Positions 12,114 through 24,840 of a stretch of DNA of 42,463 nt are shown one piece after another (the first letter of the stretch is position 1; each line of letters starts with the position of its first letter). Under the pieces are notes generated by a model. That model saw nothing but the letters and a program-made list of their open reading frames with translations. It was not told the origin of the DNA and made no database searches. A program made the position numbers and the translations under genes. This DNA comes from Ministeria vibrans ATCC 50519 (Eukaryota > Protista > Filasterea): NCBI GenBank assembly GCA_943704425.1, contig CALSCP010001078.1:1-42463 (forward strand), written 5' to 3'.

Positions 12114-12820
12114 AAAGGGTATTTCGCGCTCTAGCCAGCCCTACCGGTAAGACTCATTTCATTTTGCTTTTTTTTGTGCTCATTTTCCCTCTCTCTCCCT
12201 CCCTCTCCCTCTCTCTCTCTCTCTGTACAGCCGCTCAGTCCCGAGCTGGCAGAAGCTCACGGCCGATGAGGTCAAGGTATGTAGATTAGTTCAAAGCGAC
12301 CAACGTCAAACTATTTTACTCACAACTGTCTCTCTCTCTTTTTTTTTTCTCTTTCGCTTCGTTGTCACAGGAGAAGATCTTCAAGCTGGCCAAGAAGGGC
12401 TTGAAGCCTTCGCAGATTGGTGTCCTCCTCCGTGACGCTGACGGTGTCGGCAGCTCGCAACGACTCACCGGCAACACGATCCTTCGTGTGCTCAAGTCGA
12501 AGGGTAATTATATGATTCATGTCGTCGATAAAATCACGATAATGCTCTATGTTTTCTGACGTTGATCATCTCTTTTTCTCTTCCTCTATTACCTCTCAGG
12601 CCTTGCCCCTACCCTCCCCGAGGACCTGTACTGCCTGATCAAGAAGGCCGTCAACGTCCGCAAGCATCTCGAGCGTAACCGCAAGGACAAGGATGCCAAA
12701 TTCCGTCTCATTCTCATCGAGTCGCGTGTGCACCGTCTCGCCCGCTACTACAAGACGGTCCGCCTCCTGCCCCCCACGTGGAAGTACGAGTCCGCTACCG
12801 CGTCCGCCCTTGTGTCGTAA
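12114..12820 (+). CDS. RPS13: 40S ribosomal protein S13 (uS15), lacking the first MGRMH exon
   Basis: Exons give [11 protein letters not shown]|[15 protein letters not shown]|[22 protein letters not shown]...|[47 protein letters not shown]...ASALVS*. Confidence 0.96.
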
Positions 12821-12884
12821 ATACAACCAAAAACCCCAAACCCCCTTGTCAAAAAATAATAACAATAATGCTGTGTCTGCTGGT

Positions 12885-14916
12885 TCATTTGAGCTTTCTG
12901 GTCAACGCAATCCAGGCTAGCACAGAGAGTGCTACAAGAGCCACAGAGGGGGTCACCAGAGTACTCCAGCGTGCCGTCACAGTCGCCCGACTGCTCCATT
13001 CAAACGCATTGTCGTTCTCATCGCCACTCACTCCACTAGAAAAAATAATTGTGAAAAATAATTATTGGGATTTAGTGTACACACACACACACACGAATAA
13101 TTATAAAATGTGTACTGGAGCACTTCGGCCGCACAGCGTTCCGCCGCCTCCAATGCGCCTTCCATATACCCAGTCCACTCACGCGCAGTCTCAGTGCCCG
13201 CAAAGCAGAGTACAGGAACGCTTTTCCTCTGACACATTTGACGGCCAACAGGCTTCCTTAGCACTAGTGAGCCCCGCTCAAAACTACCCGCCTGAAAAAC
13301 ATTGACGGGACAGCCACGAGACCACTGGTCCTCACTCCACTGCTTCTCATGGAACCGTACTACACACTCGGCACTCGCTTGAGCCCCAAACAGACGCTCA
13401 AGTGACGCACACACTGCACGCTGTCGCTCAACTGCACTCACTCGACTGATCTGCAAATACGCAGCAAAGTTTTAGTTAAGTAGCACAACCTGACAAGAAC
13501 AGACACGCTCACTAACAATCAATCGATTAATCAATCAAAAACACGCACTCAATCAATCACACTCAATCACTCACTATCAATTTTCCCACTCTTCCCTACT
13601 TGCACTGCCAAATCGCCCGTCACAAACCCCACAAGTGCCGTCACTCCTTCCGCTGCACTGCAATGGTCAAACACCGCAATCACCGGATGGGTAGGGGTTG
13701 CGTGTGTACACACGGCTTCGCCGGAAAATCCGTTTTCCCGCCAAAAAGCCGTTTCGTACTCACACACAAATTTGCTGTACGAGCCCATAAAAACACGTTG
13801 GGCCATCTGTTCGCGCTCAAAAGACAGCGCAGGCTCAAACGACACATGTTGCAAAAGAAGAGTTGGTGGCACGGCAAACACACAGGCGTGTGCGACCACA
13901 CAACCCCCATTGAGGCGCACGAGAGCCCGCTCTGTATCACTCTCGCTCCATTCCACACGCACCACTGGCGTGCTCAGTCGCACCGTGCACCGTCCCGACG
14001 CCTCCAGAAGTCGCACAAGCCCCCACGACAGCTGCTCTGCTCCACCCACAAAACGTGCGTGCTGCGCCGAGTTCTTCACTTCAAGAAGTTGCATCAGGCC
14101 GCCTGCAAGCAACATTACAAGTTTGCTTCTGAGACTGTGCTCTCTCAAGTGCCATTACCTGCGGCATGGACGTAGAACAGGAAGTAGAGGAGTGACAAGT
14201 CGGCAGACTGACAACCAAAGATCATGAGCACGGCAAGCTCGAGAGCCTCACGCGCGTCCGAAGTGTACAGATTCGCAGCGGCCCACGACGCAACGGTTTG
14301 TGCGTCAAACTCGGCGGCGCGAGGACACTTGCGCGGATGGTCAAGAGGCACCGTCCGTGCCAACGCATCAAACCGGTCAATCATGCAAAACTGCAGCTCG
14401 AGCAGCGCAAACAGAGACATTTTCGGAATGGTGCCGCTGTAGGTGCGAAGCGCACTGCCGTCGTCCAAAATCTTCTTTCCTTCGTCCCACTGCGCCTCTT
14501 GCTGCACTCCGAGTCGCTCGGCCAGCTTCACAAGTCGCTGTTGAGTCGGACCAACCCACATGCCCCCCAGGTCGATCGGAGGATGCTCGGCAGAGCTCAG
14601 TGTGTGTGTGCGACCTGAGAAGAAGATTGTTGATGTTTCGCAAAAACGCAGTTGGGAGGGTTGTTTTGGGCAGAGAAACGGGAGGGGGGGGGGAGGAGGG
14701 GAGTTGCGTTCACGGGGAATGGGCCCTGGCGACGCTACAAGGCGACACACAGCCTGGTAGGGCGCAGGAGTCTCTCCGCCCTTCTTGTTTACCTCCGACC
14801 CGCTCGCGCGCCTCCAGCAGAATCACACTCTTGTTGGCCTCAACAAGATGCAACGCTGTCGCAAGACCAGACAGGCCGCCGCCAACAACAGCGACATCGT
14901 ACGTTTCGGAACTCAT
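12885..14916 (-). CDS. Flavin-containing monoamine-oxidase-like protein with a C-terminal TM tail
   Basis: N-terminal DVAVVGGGLSGL..LLEARERVGG|RT, DLGGMWVGPTQ, RFVGG, WSEDQWSRGC, FAGTETAREWTGYMEGA. The predicted last exon (13036-12885) ends PSVALVALSVLAWIALTRKLK*. Confidence 0.9.
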
Positions 14917-14998
14917 TTCGATTTTTAAAGTGAAAAAAGAAAGCTGATCATTTTTTCAAAAAAAAAAAATCAATCGTTTTGTTCTTTCTCATCTCTCC

Positions 14999-17900
14999 AT
15001 GACGGAAACGGTCGAGTCGGTGCTTGCGTTGATCGAGCAGTTCTACACGTCGCAGACGACGCCCGAGGAGGTGCGTCGGGCGACCAACGAACGGCTGGAG
15101 GCGTTTCAGCGCAGCGTCGAAGCCTGGACCATCAGCGATACGATTCTGCATCAACACGCGCTGGGGAACACGCCGCTGTCGTTTGCCGCACAAACCATCC
15201 GCAATAAGATCCAGCGCGACTTCCACGAGGTCCCTGACGCACAGCGGATCGACCTGCTGTCGTCGCTTCTCGAGCATCTCCGCATCTTCGGACGCGTCGA
15301 TCGGCCGGCCGGGTTTGAAAAGCACGCGCGCCACATTGCGCTGGCCGTCGCCGACCTCGCCGTCTACATGGAGGTCTGGGACGACCCTGTCGCCTACCTT
15401 GTCGAGCACACCGTCGGCGCGCAGCTCACCAACGTCAACAGCGCGCCAGGACTGCTCGAGGTGCTGCGTCTGCTGCCCGAAGAGATCTCCAACGAACGCC
15501 TCAACGTCACCAAGGTCCGTCGCATTGCCGTGTCCGCGTCGACCAGCCGCCACGGCAACGCCATCCTCTCCCTCTTTGAGGCGCTCCTTGCCGCCGACGC
15601 CAACTCGGGTGCCCTCCGTGACCTCATTTTGCGCGCGCTCGCCTCCTGGATTGAGTTTGGCAAGTTTGACACGGTCACGCTGGCGGCGTCGCCCTTGCTC
15701 GCTCTCATGTTCGAGTCGCTCGCAGTCGACAAGCTTTTTGACTATGCCGTCGACTGCATCATTTCGGCGGTGTACCTGGCCGAGGGCGACTACGACGACG
15801 ACGGCGAACAGCGCGCCGAGCTGCGCAACGCACTGTTGCCACCCATCATGCAACTGCGCAGCAGCTACAGCGATGCTCAGCAGCGCGACGACACCAACGT
15901 GTGCCGTGGCATTGCAAAAATCTTCACGGAACTCGGCCTGGTGAATGTGGACGCCATCATTAGCTTTGCGCACGAGAGTGCGCCACTGCAGGACATCTTT
16001 GACGCTGTCCTCTTCTGCTTCCAGCACCCCGAGCCGGAGGTCGCCGACTACACCATTATCTTCTGGGGCCGCTTTGTCGACCAGGTGCTGGACCTGGCGG
16101 CATGCAGTGGCAGTAATGGGATTGCGCACGTCGAGGCGCACCTGTACGCTCTCTTTGACTGCGCCTGTGGCCATCTGGTGCCGAGCGAGGACGTTGACAT
16201 TGACGATCATGCCGAGCTGTTTAACAGCGAGGCGTCCGATTTGCGTGAGGAGTGCATTCGTTTGGTGGGTGAGCTTGCAACCGCACTGGGTTCCGAACAA
16301 TGTCTTCAGCGCATTGTGACGTCGCTCCTGCTGGCCATGGGCGCCACAGCCGACGAGGCCGCGGGTGCTCTGGCGTCGGGCTCTGTCTCCCTTGCCCCCG
16401 AGCACCTCCAAGAGCGGGTGTCGTGGCGTTTCTTGATGGGCATTTTTGAAGCTGTTGGTGCCGTGGGTCTCAAGTGTCCTCGTGGCACCACCATCCACTC
16501 TGCGTCTTTCCTGGTGCCCTTGCTCCCTCCCGCCTCTGCCCAAGGGCCCCTTGGCTCGATTCCTGTGCGTCGTGCGCTCCTTCGCTGCATCGAATCGTTT
16601 GCGTGGTGGGCCGCAGAGTGTTCTGGGGATAGCACCAGCTCGGCGTCTGCGTCGCTTGCCGCCTCGCGTGCCCTTGGCGGTGGCAATGTGCCCTCCGAGG
16701 AGGGTGGGCAGCTCATGGAGGCCTTTATTGCGCACGCCATCGAGGCGCTCTGGTCCTCCGCCTCATTTTTGCACTCGAGCGCAGCGCGTGCCATCAAACG
16801 ACTTGCAGCTGAAGCGCCGCGCAGACTGGTCCCGCGTGTCGGTGACCTCATCAACGTGGTGCACGGGTGGGACGCTGAGCAGCTCGCCCAGCGTGCCGCC
16901 GTGATGCTTGTCGAGGCAGCAGCCAAGACCGCCTTCACCATGGATTCTAACGCACTTGCACAGGTCGTCGAGGCTCTGTGTGCGCCTATTCTTGCGCGCG
17001 TTAGTGTTCTTTGCACCCAACTTGACCCCAGCGCATCATGTACACCATCAGCCACCACGGGTCAATCTGATGTGATTGACCTGACCCAACAGACTCTGTC
17101 ACGTCCCGATTTTCTCTATCTCATGGACCGTCTGTGCGCCATCTTCCGCGACACAACTCCCCCACTGGAACCGGGCGAAGTGGCCCCCTCCACCAACGGT
17201 ATTGCCGAGTCCCCGTGTCTTCCTGCCTTCCGCTCTACCTGGCCCGTCCTGCTGCGCGTCCTTCAGCTGCGCAGTGACGTCGACACTGCCGAAAGTGTCT
17301 GTCGCGTCTTCAAGCACGGTTTGCGCTGCGTGGGCGCTGCAGGACTCGACCTGCTCTCCGACGCTGCGCCCGTCATTGCTCATCTATTCCCCCAGCGTCT
17401 TCACTCGTGCTTTCTCTACCTTGCCAGCATTTTTGTCGATGTCTTTGGCCCATTCAATGAGTGCTCGGGCGGTCTGCTCGACCTCTGGACCCAACTCTGT
17501 CAGGTTGCAGCCACGCGCATTACCACTGAGCAGCAGATGCAGCAACAACCCGATCTTGTCGAAGATTTTTTTGGTCTGTCGCGTCGCGTTCTCGACCGTA
17601 TCTCTCCGTCACTTCTTGACATTCCGGCGACGCACAACGCAGTGCAAGTGGCGAGTCGTGCGCTTGCTGTCAGCAATCGCGAGGCCAGTCGTGCTGTCAT
17701 GTCTTTCCTAGTGCGCTGCACCGAACTCGGTCCGCTCGTGCTCCACCACGGACCCCTCATGACCCGCGCTCTTGTCGCTGGTGCCCTTGGCATTGCCCCG
17801 CCCTCGGCTAGACTGCCTGTTGCCGAAGTACGCAATTTTTTTACAAGTTTTTTCATCACCCTAAATTAATGTCAAAGTGGAACCCTAAATTTAATGTCAA

Positions 17901-18339
17901 AGTGGAACCCTGCCTCGACGATGTTAAATTGACATATCCACCTTGCACAATCAATATCATATTATTTTTATTATTAACAACACAACAATAATATTAAAAT
18001 AATAATAATAATTATTCATTTTATTCATTTTATTAATTTTATTCATTTTAGGTACTGTACGAAATGAGCCGGCGTTGTCCCGATGCGAGTGCCTTCCCTC
18101 TGTGGCTCTCGCAGGTCCTCCACCCCCTTCCACAGCCCGTTCGCGACGCATTCGTCAAACAATTCCAACAGTACATCAACACAAATCTTACGCCGAACGC
18201 TATCGACTCCTAATTCTTATGGTGTGTGTGTGTGTTTAGGACTGGAAATTTCCATGTAGCAAGCGACCTTTTGGAGCAATTGAGATCGAGCCTGGACTCA
18301 AACACACTCGTTTCATTGTTGCAGAGTCTTCAGATTTGA
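14999..18339 (+). CDS. TNPO3: Importin-beta family transport receptor, transportin-3/Mtr10-like
   Basis: ANERLEAFQRSVEAWTISD, FAAQTIRNKIQRDF, LEVLRLLPEE, HSCFLYLASIFVDVFG, QPDLVEDFF. A 940-codon first exon is followed by two short exons ending TGA at 18337-18339. Confidence 0.88.
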
Positions 18340-18444
18340 AGAAAGACACAACAAAACGAAAATGAGGAAGAAAAGAGAGTAGATTGTAAAGAGAATTATT
18401 ATACAAGCGGAAAAAAATTGAAGAAACAATAATATAAAAATTAA

Positions 18445-21400
18445 TTATGTTTTCTGGCACTGGGTCTCGTATAACAATTCCAGCTGAGCAAGAAGAACAG
18501 CGGCACTTGGGCGCAAGAGACGGAGTTCGGCCATGAGCGACTTGCTGAGGGCAACAAGGGAGGCCGGGACACGGGCAGCGTGGGCGTCGGACCAGGAGAC
18601 GCGGGCGCCGTCGAGACAGACCTTGCGGACGATGGCCAGGTCGCTGAGGCCCGCAAAGGGCACTTGGCCTGTGCTCATTTCCCAAAGAATGACGCCCACG
18701 GAGAAGCAGTCGGCGAGTGGGCCGATGGGCTCATGCGTGTCGTCGTTGTCGTCGTCGCCGTCGTCGTCGTGTGCGCCGCCGAGACACTCCGGCGAGGCCC
18801 AGTTGACGGTGGAGGTAGTGCCAGGATGAGCGACCGCGCGGACGCCGACAAATGCTCCCGGAGACGGCTCACTGCTGTGGTGGTGGTGGTGATGGTCAGT
18901 AAGGAGGGAGTGAGCTTGGACCATGCCAAAGTCGGCAATCTTGGCGTTGTCGTCCTCGTCGACGTATATGCTGGTCGGCGTGAGATGGCCGTGCACGACG
19001 GGAACAGGGCGCTCGTGGAGGTAGAGAAGGCCGCGCGCAATGCCAATGGCGAGCGCAAGAAGACGTTCGAGGGGCAGCAGGTCGTCTGCGCTCGCAGCAA
19101 CACCGCGGCGAAGTGGAGTAAGTACGGGCGACTCGATGCGACCGTCGGGGAGGCGACGCGACGGAGAGGGCGACTGATCATGAAGTGGTGTGGTGGGGCG
19201 ACTTTGGGACGAGGGGTGCACTATGCTCCAGAGGGAACGACCGCCATACTCGACGACAATCAGGATACTCTTGGGACGCTCAAGAAAGCCCAGCACAAGA
19301 ACAATGTTGGGATGTTGCAGCTGACGCAGTTGCTCCATCTCAGCGGAAAATTCAGCAATGCGACCCCGCTGCGGATTGACGGCCGTCTTGACTGCGACGG
19401 GGACCGTGCCCGCCCACAGCGCTCGATGGACCACACCAAATCGACCGATGCCAAGATAGGAGGCGTCGCTTGAGTGGAGTGGGATCAGCTGGTCCGGATC
19501 AATGTCGCCGTACTGGACGGGACGTGAGAGGCGAGCGGTGAGCGGAGAGCGGAGCTTGCGACGCAACTGGGGACTTGCGTTGAGCACAAGACCGTTGGAG
19601 GGGGCCTTGTGGGTGGGCGGTGGTGACGCGAGCGTGTTAGAGTTCGCGGTGGTTTCAGGGTTGTACATGAGGCCCGCTTGAGCAAGAAGGACTATCGAGC
19701 TGGGAGGGGAAGCAGACGACTCGACGCAGGTGGTGGCGATGGTAGAGGTGGCTGCTGCTTTTGCTGATGCTAAGGAGTGGCGCTCTTCGAGCGGAGAGAG
19801 CGCTGTCGTGCTTGTGGTAGGTTTCGCAGTGGGCTTTGATGGGGTGTTTTTGATGGGCTGTGGCTGGCCAAGAAGACGGGTGGAGAGTGCTGGGTCGGTC
19901 TGAATGATGGAGATGATCTCGAGGACATTGACATCGGGGGGCAAAAGAATTCCATCAATGGGGCAGGAGAAGGTGCATGCGCGGCCCGACGCTGCTGCTG
20001 CTGGTGAGAGTTGTGTGGAGAAGCACTCGAAGCAGACGGAGTGGCCACAGGTAAGACCAATGGAGTCGCCACATTCCTTCTGACACACAGCACAGACAAT
20101 ATCATTGAATTGGCTCTGAACCCACGTGGCCGAAAGGGCATTGGCATTGAACGTCTCGCCCAGTGAGCCTGAGCCTCCGGTAGCACGCACACGTGCCGTG
20201 CTGCGCTCACGGGGCACAGCACCACGGGGCACACCCTCGCTCGTGTAGTAGTCATAGTCATCATCGTCGTAGTCGTCACCAGAGTCGTCATCGGACGAGG
20301 ATGACTCCAACTCACCCGCACCCGCCCCACGAAGGTAGTCCGTGAGAAAGGCATCGTCTTCATTCTCATCATCCAGATCAATAGCAGTCGCAAAATCTGT
20401 TGTTGTTGTGGTGGTGGTGGTGGTGGTGGGGGTTTTACTTGTGCTTGTGGTTGCGGCTGCTGAGTCGGCGAATGCAGCTGGTGGTGCCCTGATAGAAGAG
20501 GAGGACAAAACACTCGCGTTCGGTAAATATGTATCCTCTTCCTGTTCCTCCAAATCATCTGTGTCGTCGTCGGGTGCGGGCACTTGAATATAGGCTACGG
20601 GTTGGAAGGTGCCCTTGCGGACGACAGTGGAGGTGGACGAGAAGGAGGAAAAGAGACTCGATTTCTTGGAGGCCAAACAGGGTTTGGTGGTGCGATTATC
20701 GTCGGTGCGCGTGAGCTCAAAGGCTGCACGAGTTGACGTGGGGGAAAGAAGCAGTGATGCTTGTGAGTCATCGGTAAAGTTGAAGTTGTTGAGATGGTTG
20801 AGAGGAGCCGGAACCGTGGAGGCAGGAGGAGGAGTTGTGGTGGTGGTGACCTCGAGTGTGACCGAGGGAGGTGCAAGACGAGTGGGAGTGGGCGCGGGCA
20901 GGTCGACGGAGGAAGAAAGATGAGGAGGACTCGACGGAGCTTGGGAGTTCTTCTTCTTTGCAGCGGCGTTGGACGGAAGTGGCGGTAAAATGCGCCGACG
21001 GCGTTTGGTGGTGGAAGAGCTGGTGGTGTCTGTGACGACGGAACCCGATGCCAGTGATGAGACTGCAGTGGTGGTAGTGGCTGTGCCAGTGCCCGCGCTC
21101 TGATTGTCCTTGTCGGTGTCAACCGAGGACTGTAAGGGCGCTGGCTTAGCGACTGACGATGTTGTCGCTATTGCCGTTGTTGCGTCTGCAGTACTGGCGC
21201 GACTATCGGTGGCGGAACTGGCGCGACTGCCAGTGGTGTGTTTGGGGATGATGGCGGCGGGCGGGGCGGTACGGACGGGTGGATAGGCCTGAGAGACGTA
21301 GAAGAGAGGACGCGTTGTTGGGTCTTGGGCAAGGTGGTAGAAGCCTGAGGAGGCCATGGCGACGCTGTGACGACGGCGCCGTTGAGCGCTCTCAGTGGTT

Positions 21401-23293
21401 GCACCGGTTATGCCACTGTCGGACTGCGTTCGTGTGGCGTGCAGATGAGCACCGGCAGAGGAAGGACGGGGCGGTGGAGTAGCCGAGTGAGCTTGAGAAA
21501 GGGTCGAGATGGGACGACCATCAATGGATGAGGCGGGCGAAGTGGACGAGGCTGAGCCACGACGACGGTTGAGACGGATGCGGTAGGAGGCTGACGTAGA
21601 AATGTCGCCAATAGTGTCGTGGGAGCCCATCTCGGCAATGGGTTCGGTCCAAAGGCTGCGCCGCGGATGTGGGATCATGGGGAGGTCATCAGGGTTAGAG
21701 GCACTGCTAGACGCCAGTGATGATGAGACGGCTGTGGATGCTCCTGGTGTGGCTTCTCCTGCTGCTGTTGCTGCGATTGCTACGGCAGAGGCGACCGTGT
21801 TGGAGCCATTGGAGAGCTTGCGGGGCGATTGCACCTTGTCTGTTGCGCCCAGACTGGCGCTTGAGATGTCCAGATCGCGTACGGAAGGCAGCAATGCGCT
21901 TGCTTGGGCACTTTCGGACACACCATGGTCCTGTGCGGCACTCATGACGGACGCGACGGCAGCCACACGCGCTGCGACCATTTCTGCCTCTGCGAGCGCT
22001 GCCATTGTCTCCTGGTCGTCGAATGTGTCGTTGATGTCATCTAAGACGACCTCGTCGGGTGTTAGTGCACGTTTTCCCATGGTCTGTGCGGCACCCGATG
22101 CGGTGAGGAGAGCGTTGTGGGCGTTTGAGCGGATCGAGCGGATTTTGGAGCGTTGGCCAATTTTGAGGGAGATGAGACGGATACAATCACGGTTGCCACC
22201 GAGGTCGGCACAGTCAAGGGGCGTTGCACCACTGGCGTGAACACCCATGCCGGCGTCGGGACCTGTCATAGCCTTGAGCGGATCTGCGCCAGCCTCGAGC
22301 AGAACGCGTACAATGGACGGGTGACCCTCGTAGGCGGCCGCGTGTAGCGCCGTGGCGCCGTTTTCACGCACCAAATTGACATTCGCATTGGCATTGAGCA
22401 GCTCAAGGACAACGGCCAGATGACCTCGAGCGGCCGCAACAAACATGGGGGAAGTTTGAGAGGACGTCACAATGTTCACATCAGCCTTGTCGCCAAGGAG
22501 ACGCACCACTTGTTCGTGCCCGTCTGCAGCAAATGAAAGAGAAGCGATGCTTGTTGTCAGAAAAAACCCCCCCCCCAGCATGGTGTATGACTGTGCGTAC
22601 TTTGGGCGGCGAGATAGACAGCGGTGGCGCCGTCCTTGGCTCTGTGGTCGACATTGATCTGACGCCCTCGCAACAGCTCCTTGACGATCTCCAGATGGCC
22701 CTTGAGCGAGGCGATTTGGAGCGGGCTGATGCCCTTGGCTGTTGTAATCTTAGGATCCGCACCAGATCGCAGCAGTGCTCGCAACGCCGACCCGTGCCCG
22801 TGGTTTGCGGCCGCAAAACATGCTTTTTTTTTTTTTGAAAAAGGCAAAACGTCAATCAGCGACAAACGTTGAGAAGAGAATTGAGTGGAAATGCAAGAGT
22901 GGATGTGCGTTGACTAGCAGGTGTGGGGAAGGGTGTTAGAGGGAGGGGGACGGGACAGTGGTGGGGTGGGTGGGGAGCGGCGGCGGTACCTGTGGCGCCC
23001 GACTCGCCCGTCGGCAGGTTCACGTACGCACCAGCTTTGGTGAGCATTTTGCATATTTCTGAGTGGCCGTTTGACGCGGCGAAAAAGAGGGCGGTGCGGC
23101 CGGACGTGTCGATGGCATCAATGTTCATTTGGAGCAGATTGAGGTCGGCAGAGTCCTTGGAGGAGGACGGGGACGCCGAGGGGTCATTCGCGTGCTTCTT
23201 GGCAAGCTGCTTCAAGAGATAGCGCACGCGCGTGCTGTCGCCGTCACGGGCGCACCTTCGGAGAGCTGCTTCGCGTGACTCGGCAGCCCCCAT
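18445..23293 (-). CDS. Ankyrin-repeat + RING + TKL-type (pseudo)kinase protein
   Basis: Ankyrin motifs (GRTALFFAASNGH, GISPLQIASLKGH, GATALHAAAYEGH), a long S/T-rich linker, RING CAVC..CGHSVCFEC..CPID, and kinase motifs GIGRFG, VAVK, HPNIV, HGHLTPTS, KIADFG, WASPE, DCFSVGVILWEM. Confidence 0.88.
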
Positions 23294-23521
23294 GCAATAA
23301 TATTAATAATGAAACTGTGTATGTGTGTGCGTGTGAAACAAGTTTGATAATCATTTCTGATCAACATGCTAACAGTAAGAATATAGATGATAGAGCGAGT
23401 GGTTGATGTGCAGAGCCTAGAGCCCGTAGAGGTGAACAGGGTGAAGTTGGAGCCGCAAACAGTTCGATTTGGTTGTGACGAAAAATATTTCTTTTTCATG
23501 TAATGTTATTTTACTCTATAT

Positions 23522-24840
23522 TCAATCTTCGGTCTGAGTCGCAATATAAACTCCCTCCTACAAAGAAAATAATAATAATAAAAGTGAGACACACAGAGAG
23601 AGAGACACATAGACACACAGAAAATAATAAATATCTTACTTCGGCAATCCACAAATTCTCATTTCGCGCACCGGAAAATGCACAAATTTCCGACTGACCA
23701 TTGATGGGACGACCAAACTGGTGACGACCCGTCGAGTGGAGGTACTGCAACACACGAGTGAGTTGTTGAGAGTCTCTCTTTGTGCCTCTCTCATTTGGGT
23801 ATATGACTCTCTTTGTGTCTCATTTGGGTTGCTCTCTCTCTCTCTCTTTGTGTCTCATGTGAATTTTTATGTCCCTCTCTGTGTCTCATTGTGACTCTCT
23901 CATTCTTTCTTTCTGCCTCCGTGTGTTATCTGTCTCTCTTTCCTTCTGTTACCTTTCCTGTTTGAACGTGCTTAAAGCGGACGGGATCGTCTCTGAGCCA
24001 GACTGCACTGTTGCATTCGACCTTCCAGTTGTCGAGGACGTCCCCGTTGCCATGTTCGCCAAATGCACTGACTTCTTGGTTGGAGCTGAGTGGAGAGCGG
24101 AAGTTGTGGCTGTGAAGGTTGCGCTTGGTCGACTGGTGCTGGAGGCGGATCACCGAGTTGCACTTGATGGGTGCACTGTGACAAGACGGAGGTCGGTGTG
24201 AATAGAGTAAACCAGCGAGATTGGGTGGACAACGGCGTTGCATTAGAGGCTATGGATCGCCATAAATGTGCGAGACGGGGTGGGAATTGAGATGGAAAAT
24301 GGTGTGCAAATCAGAACGCGACACGACAATGGGCGCTGAAACCACAGAGTAACGCGCGCTTGGAACGCCTCGCGCGCCGCACCACAGACCACTGCAAAAT
24401 GCTGCTCGTGTGGACAAAGACACGAGAGGCGAGGCAACGCGCGGAGGGTGGGACAACGAAAGACGTGCGAGCGGGTGCTTCTTACCCTCGCTCGCAAAAC
24501 TGGCCGTTTTGGCCACGCACGAGCCAGAACGAGTTGGGATCATCGGAGTTTGGCTTGCCTGTGACACTCTACAGCGGCAGGGCGACGAGAACACAACGAG
24601 TGAGTCGTTAAAAGGCACAAAAAACGATCAAAATTCCGATACCTGTTGCTGAGAGCCGCTGCCATACTTGACCTCGTGCGAGTGCAGCTTGACACCACTG
24701 TGCGCATTGGTCAGCTTGATCATGCTGCCGCAGGTGACCTTTTCGAATCCTGCTGATGATGTGTGACGCTTTTTGGCGCCGTCCACGACAACAGTCGCAA
24801 TGGACGCTATCAAGGCGATCACAAGGATGGTTCTCAGCAT
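23522..24840 (-). CDS. SDF2: Stromal cell-derived factor 2-like MIR-domain ER protein, 5 exons
   Basis: Signal peptide MLRTILVIALIASIATVVVDG, then VTCGSMIKL..LHSHEVKYGSGSQQQ|SVTG, IRLQHQSTKRNLHSHNFRSPLSSNQEVSAFG, FGRPINGQSEI, EGVYI. Confidence 0.94.

Noticed and set aside
12504-12599. Possible C/D snoRNA in an RPS13 intron (vertebrate RPS13 hosts U14)
   Set aside because: No proper RTGATGA box, CTGAC is better read as the branch point, and no U14 antisense elements are seen.
11518-12820. CRN-RPS13 fusion protein
   Set aside because: The phase-1 donor and phase-2 acceptor are incompatible, so splicing would frameshift RPS13.
14948-16735. 595-aa antisense ORF over TNPO3, and similar shadows over FAM50, NRDC, SEC31 and the kinase
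   Set aside because: Antisense shadows of GC3-rich coding sequence with no motifs of their own.
17858-17911. ~24-bp tandem duplication ACCCTAAATT(T)AATGTCAAAGTGGA in a TNPO3 intron, telomere-like CCCTAAA
   Set aside because: Only two copies of a local duplication, not a telomeric array or mobile element.
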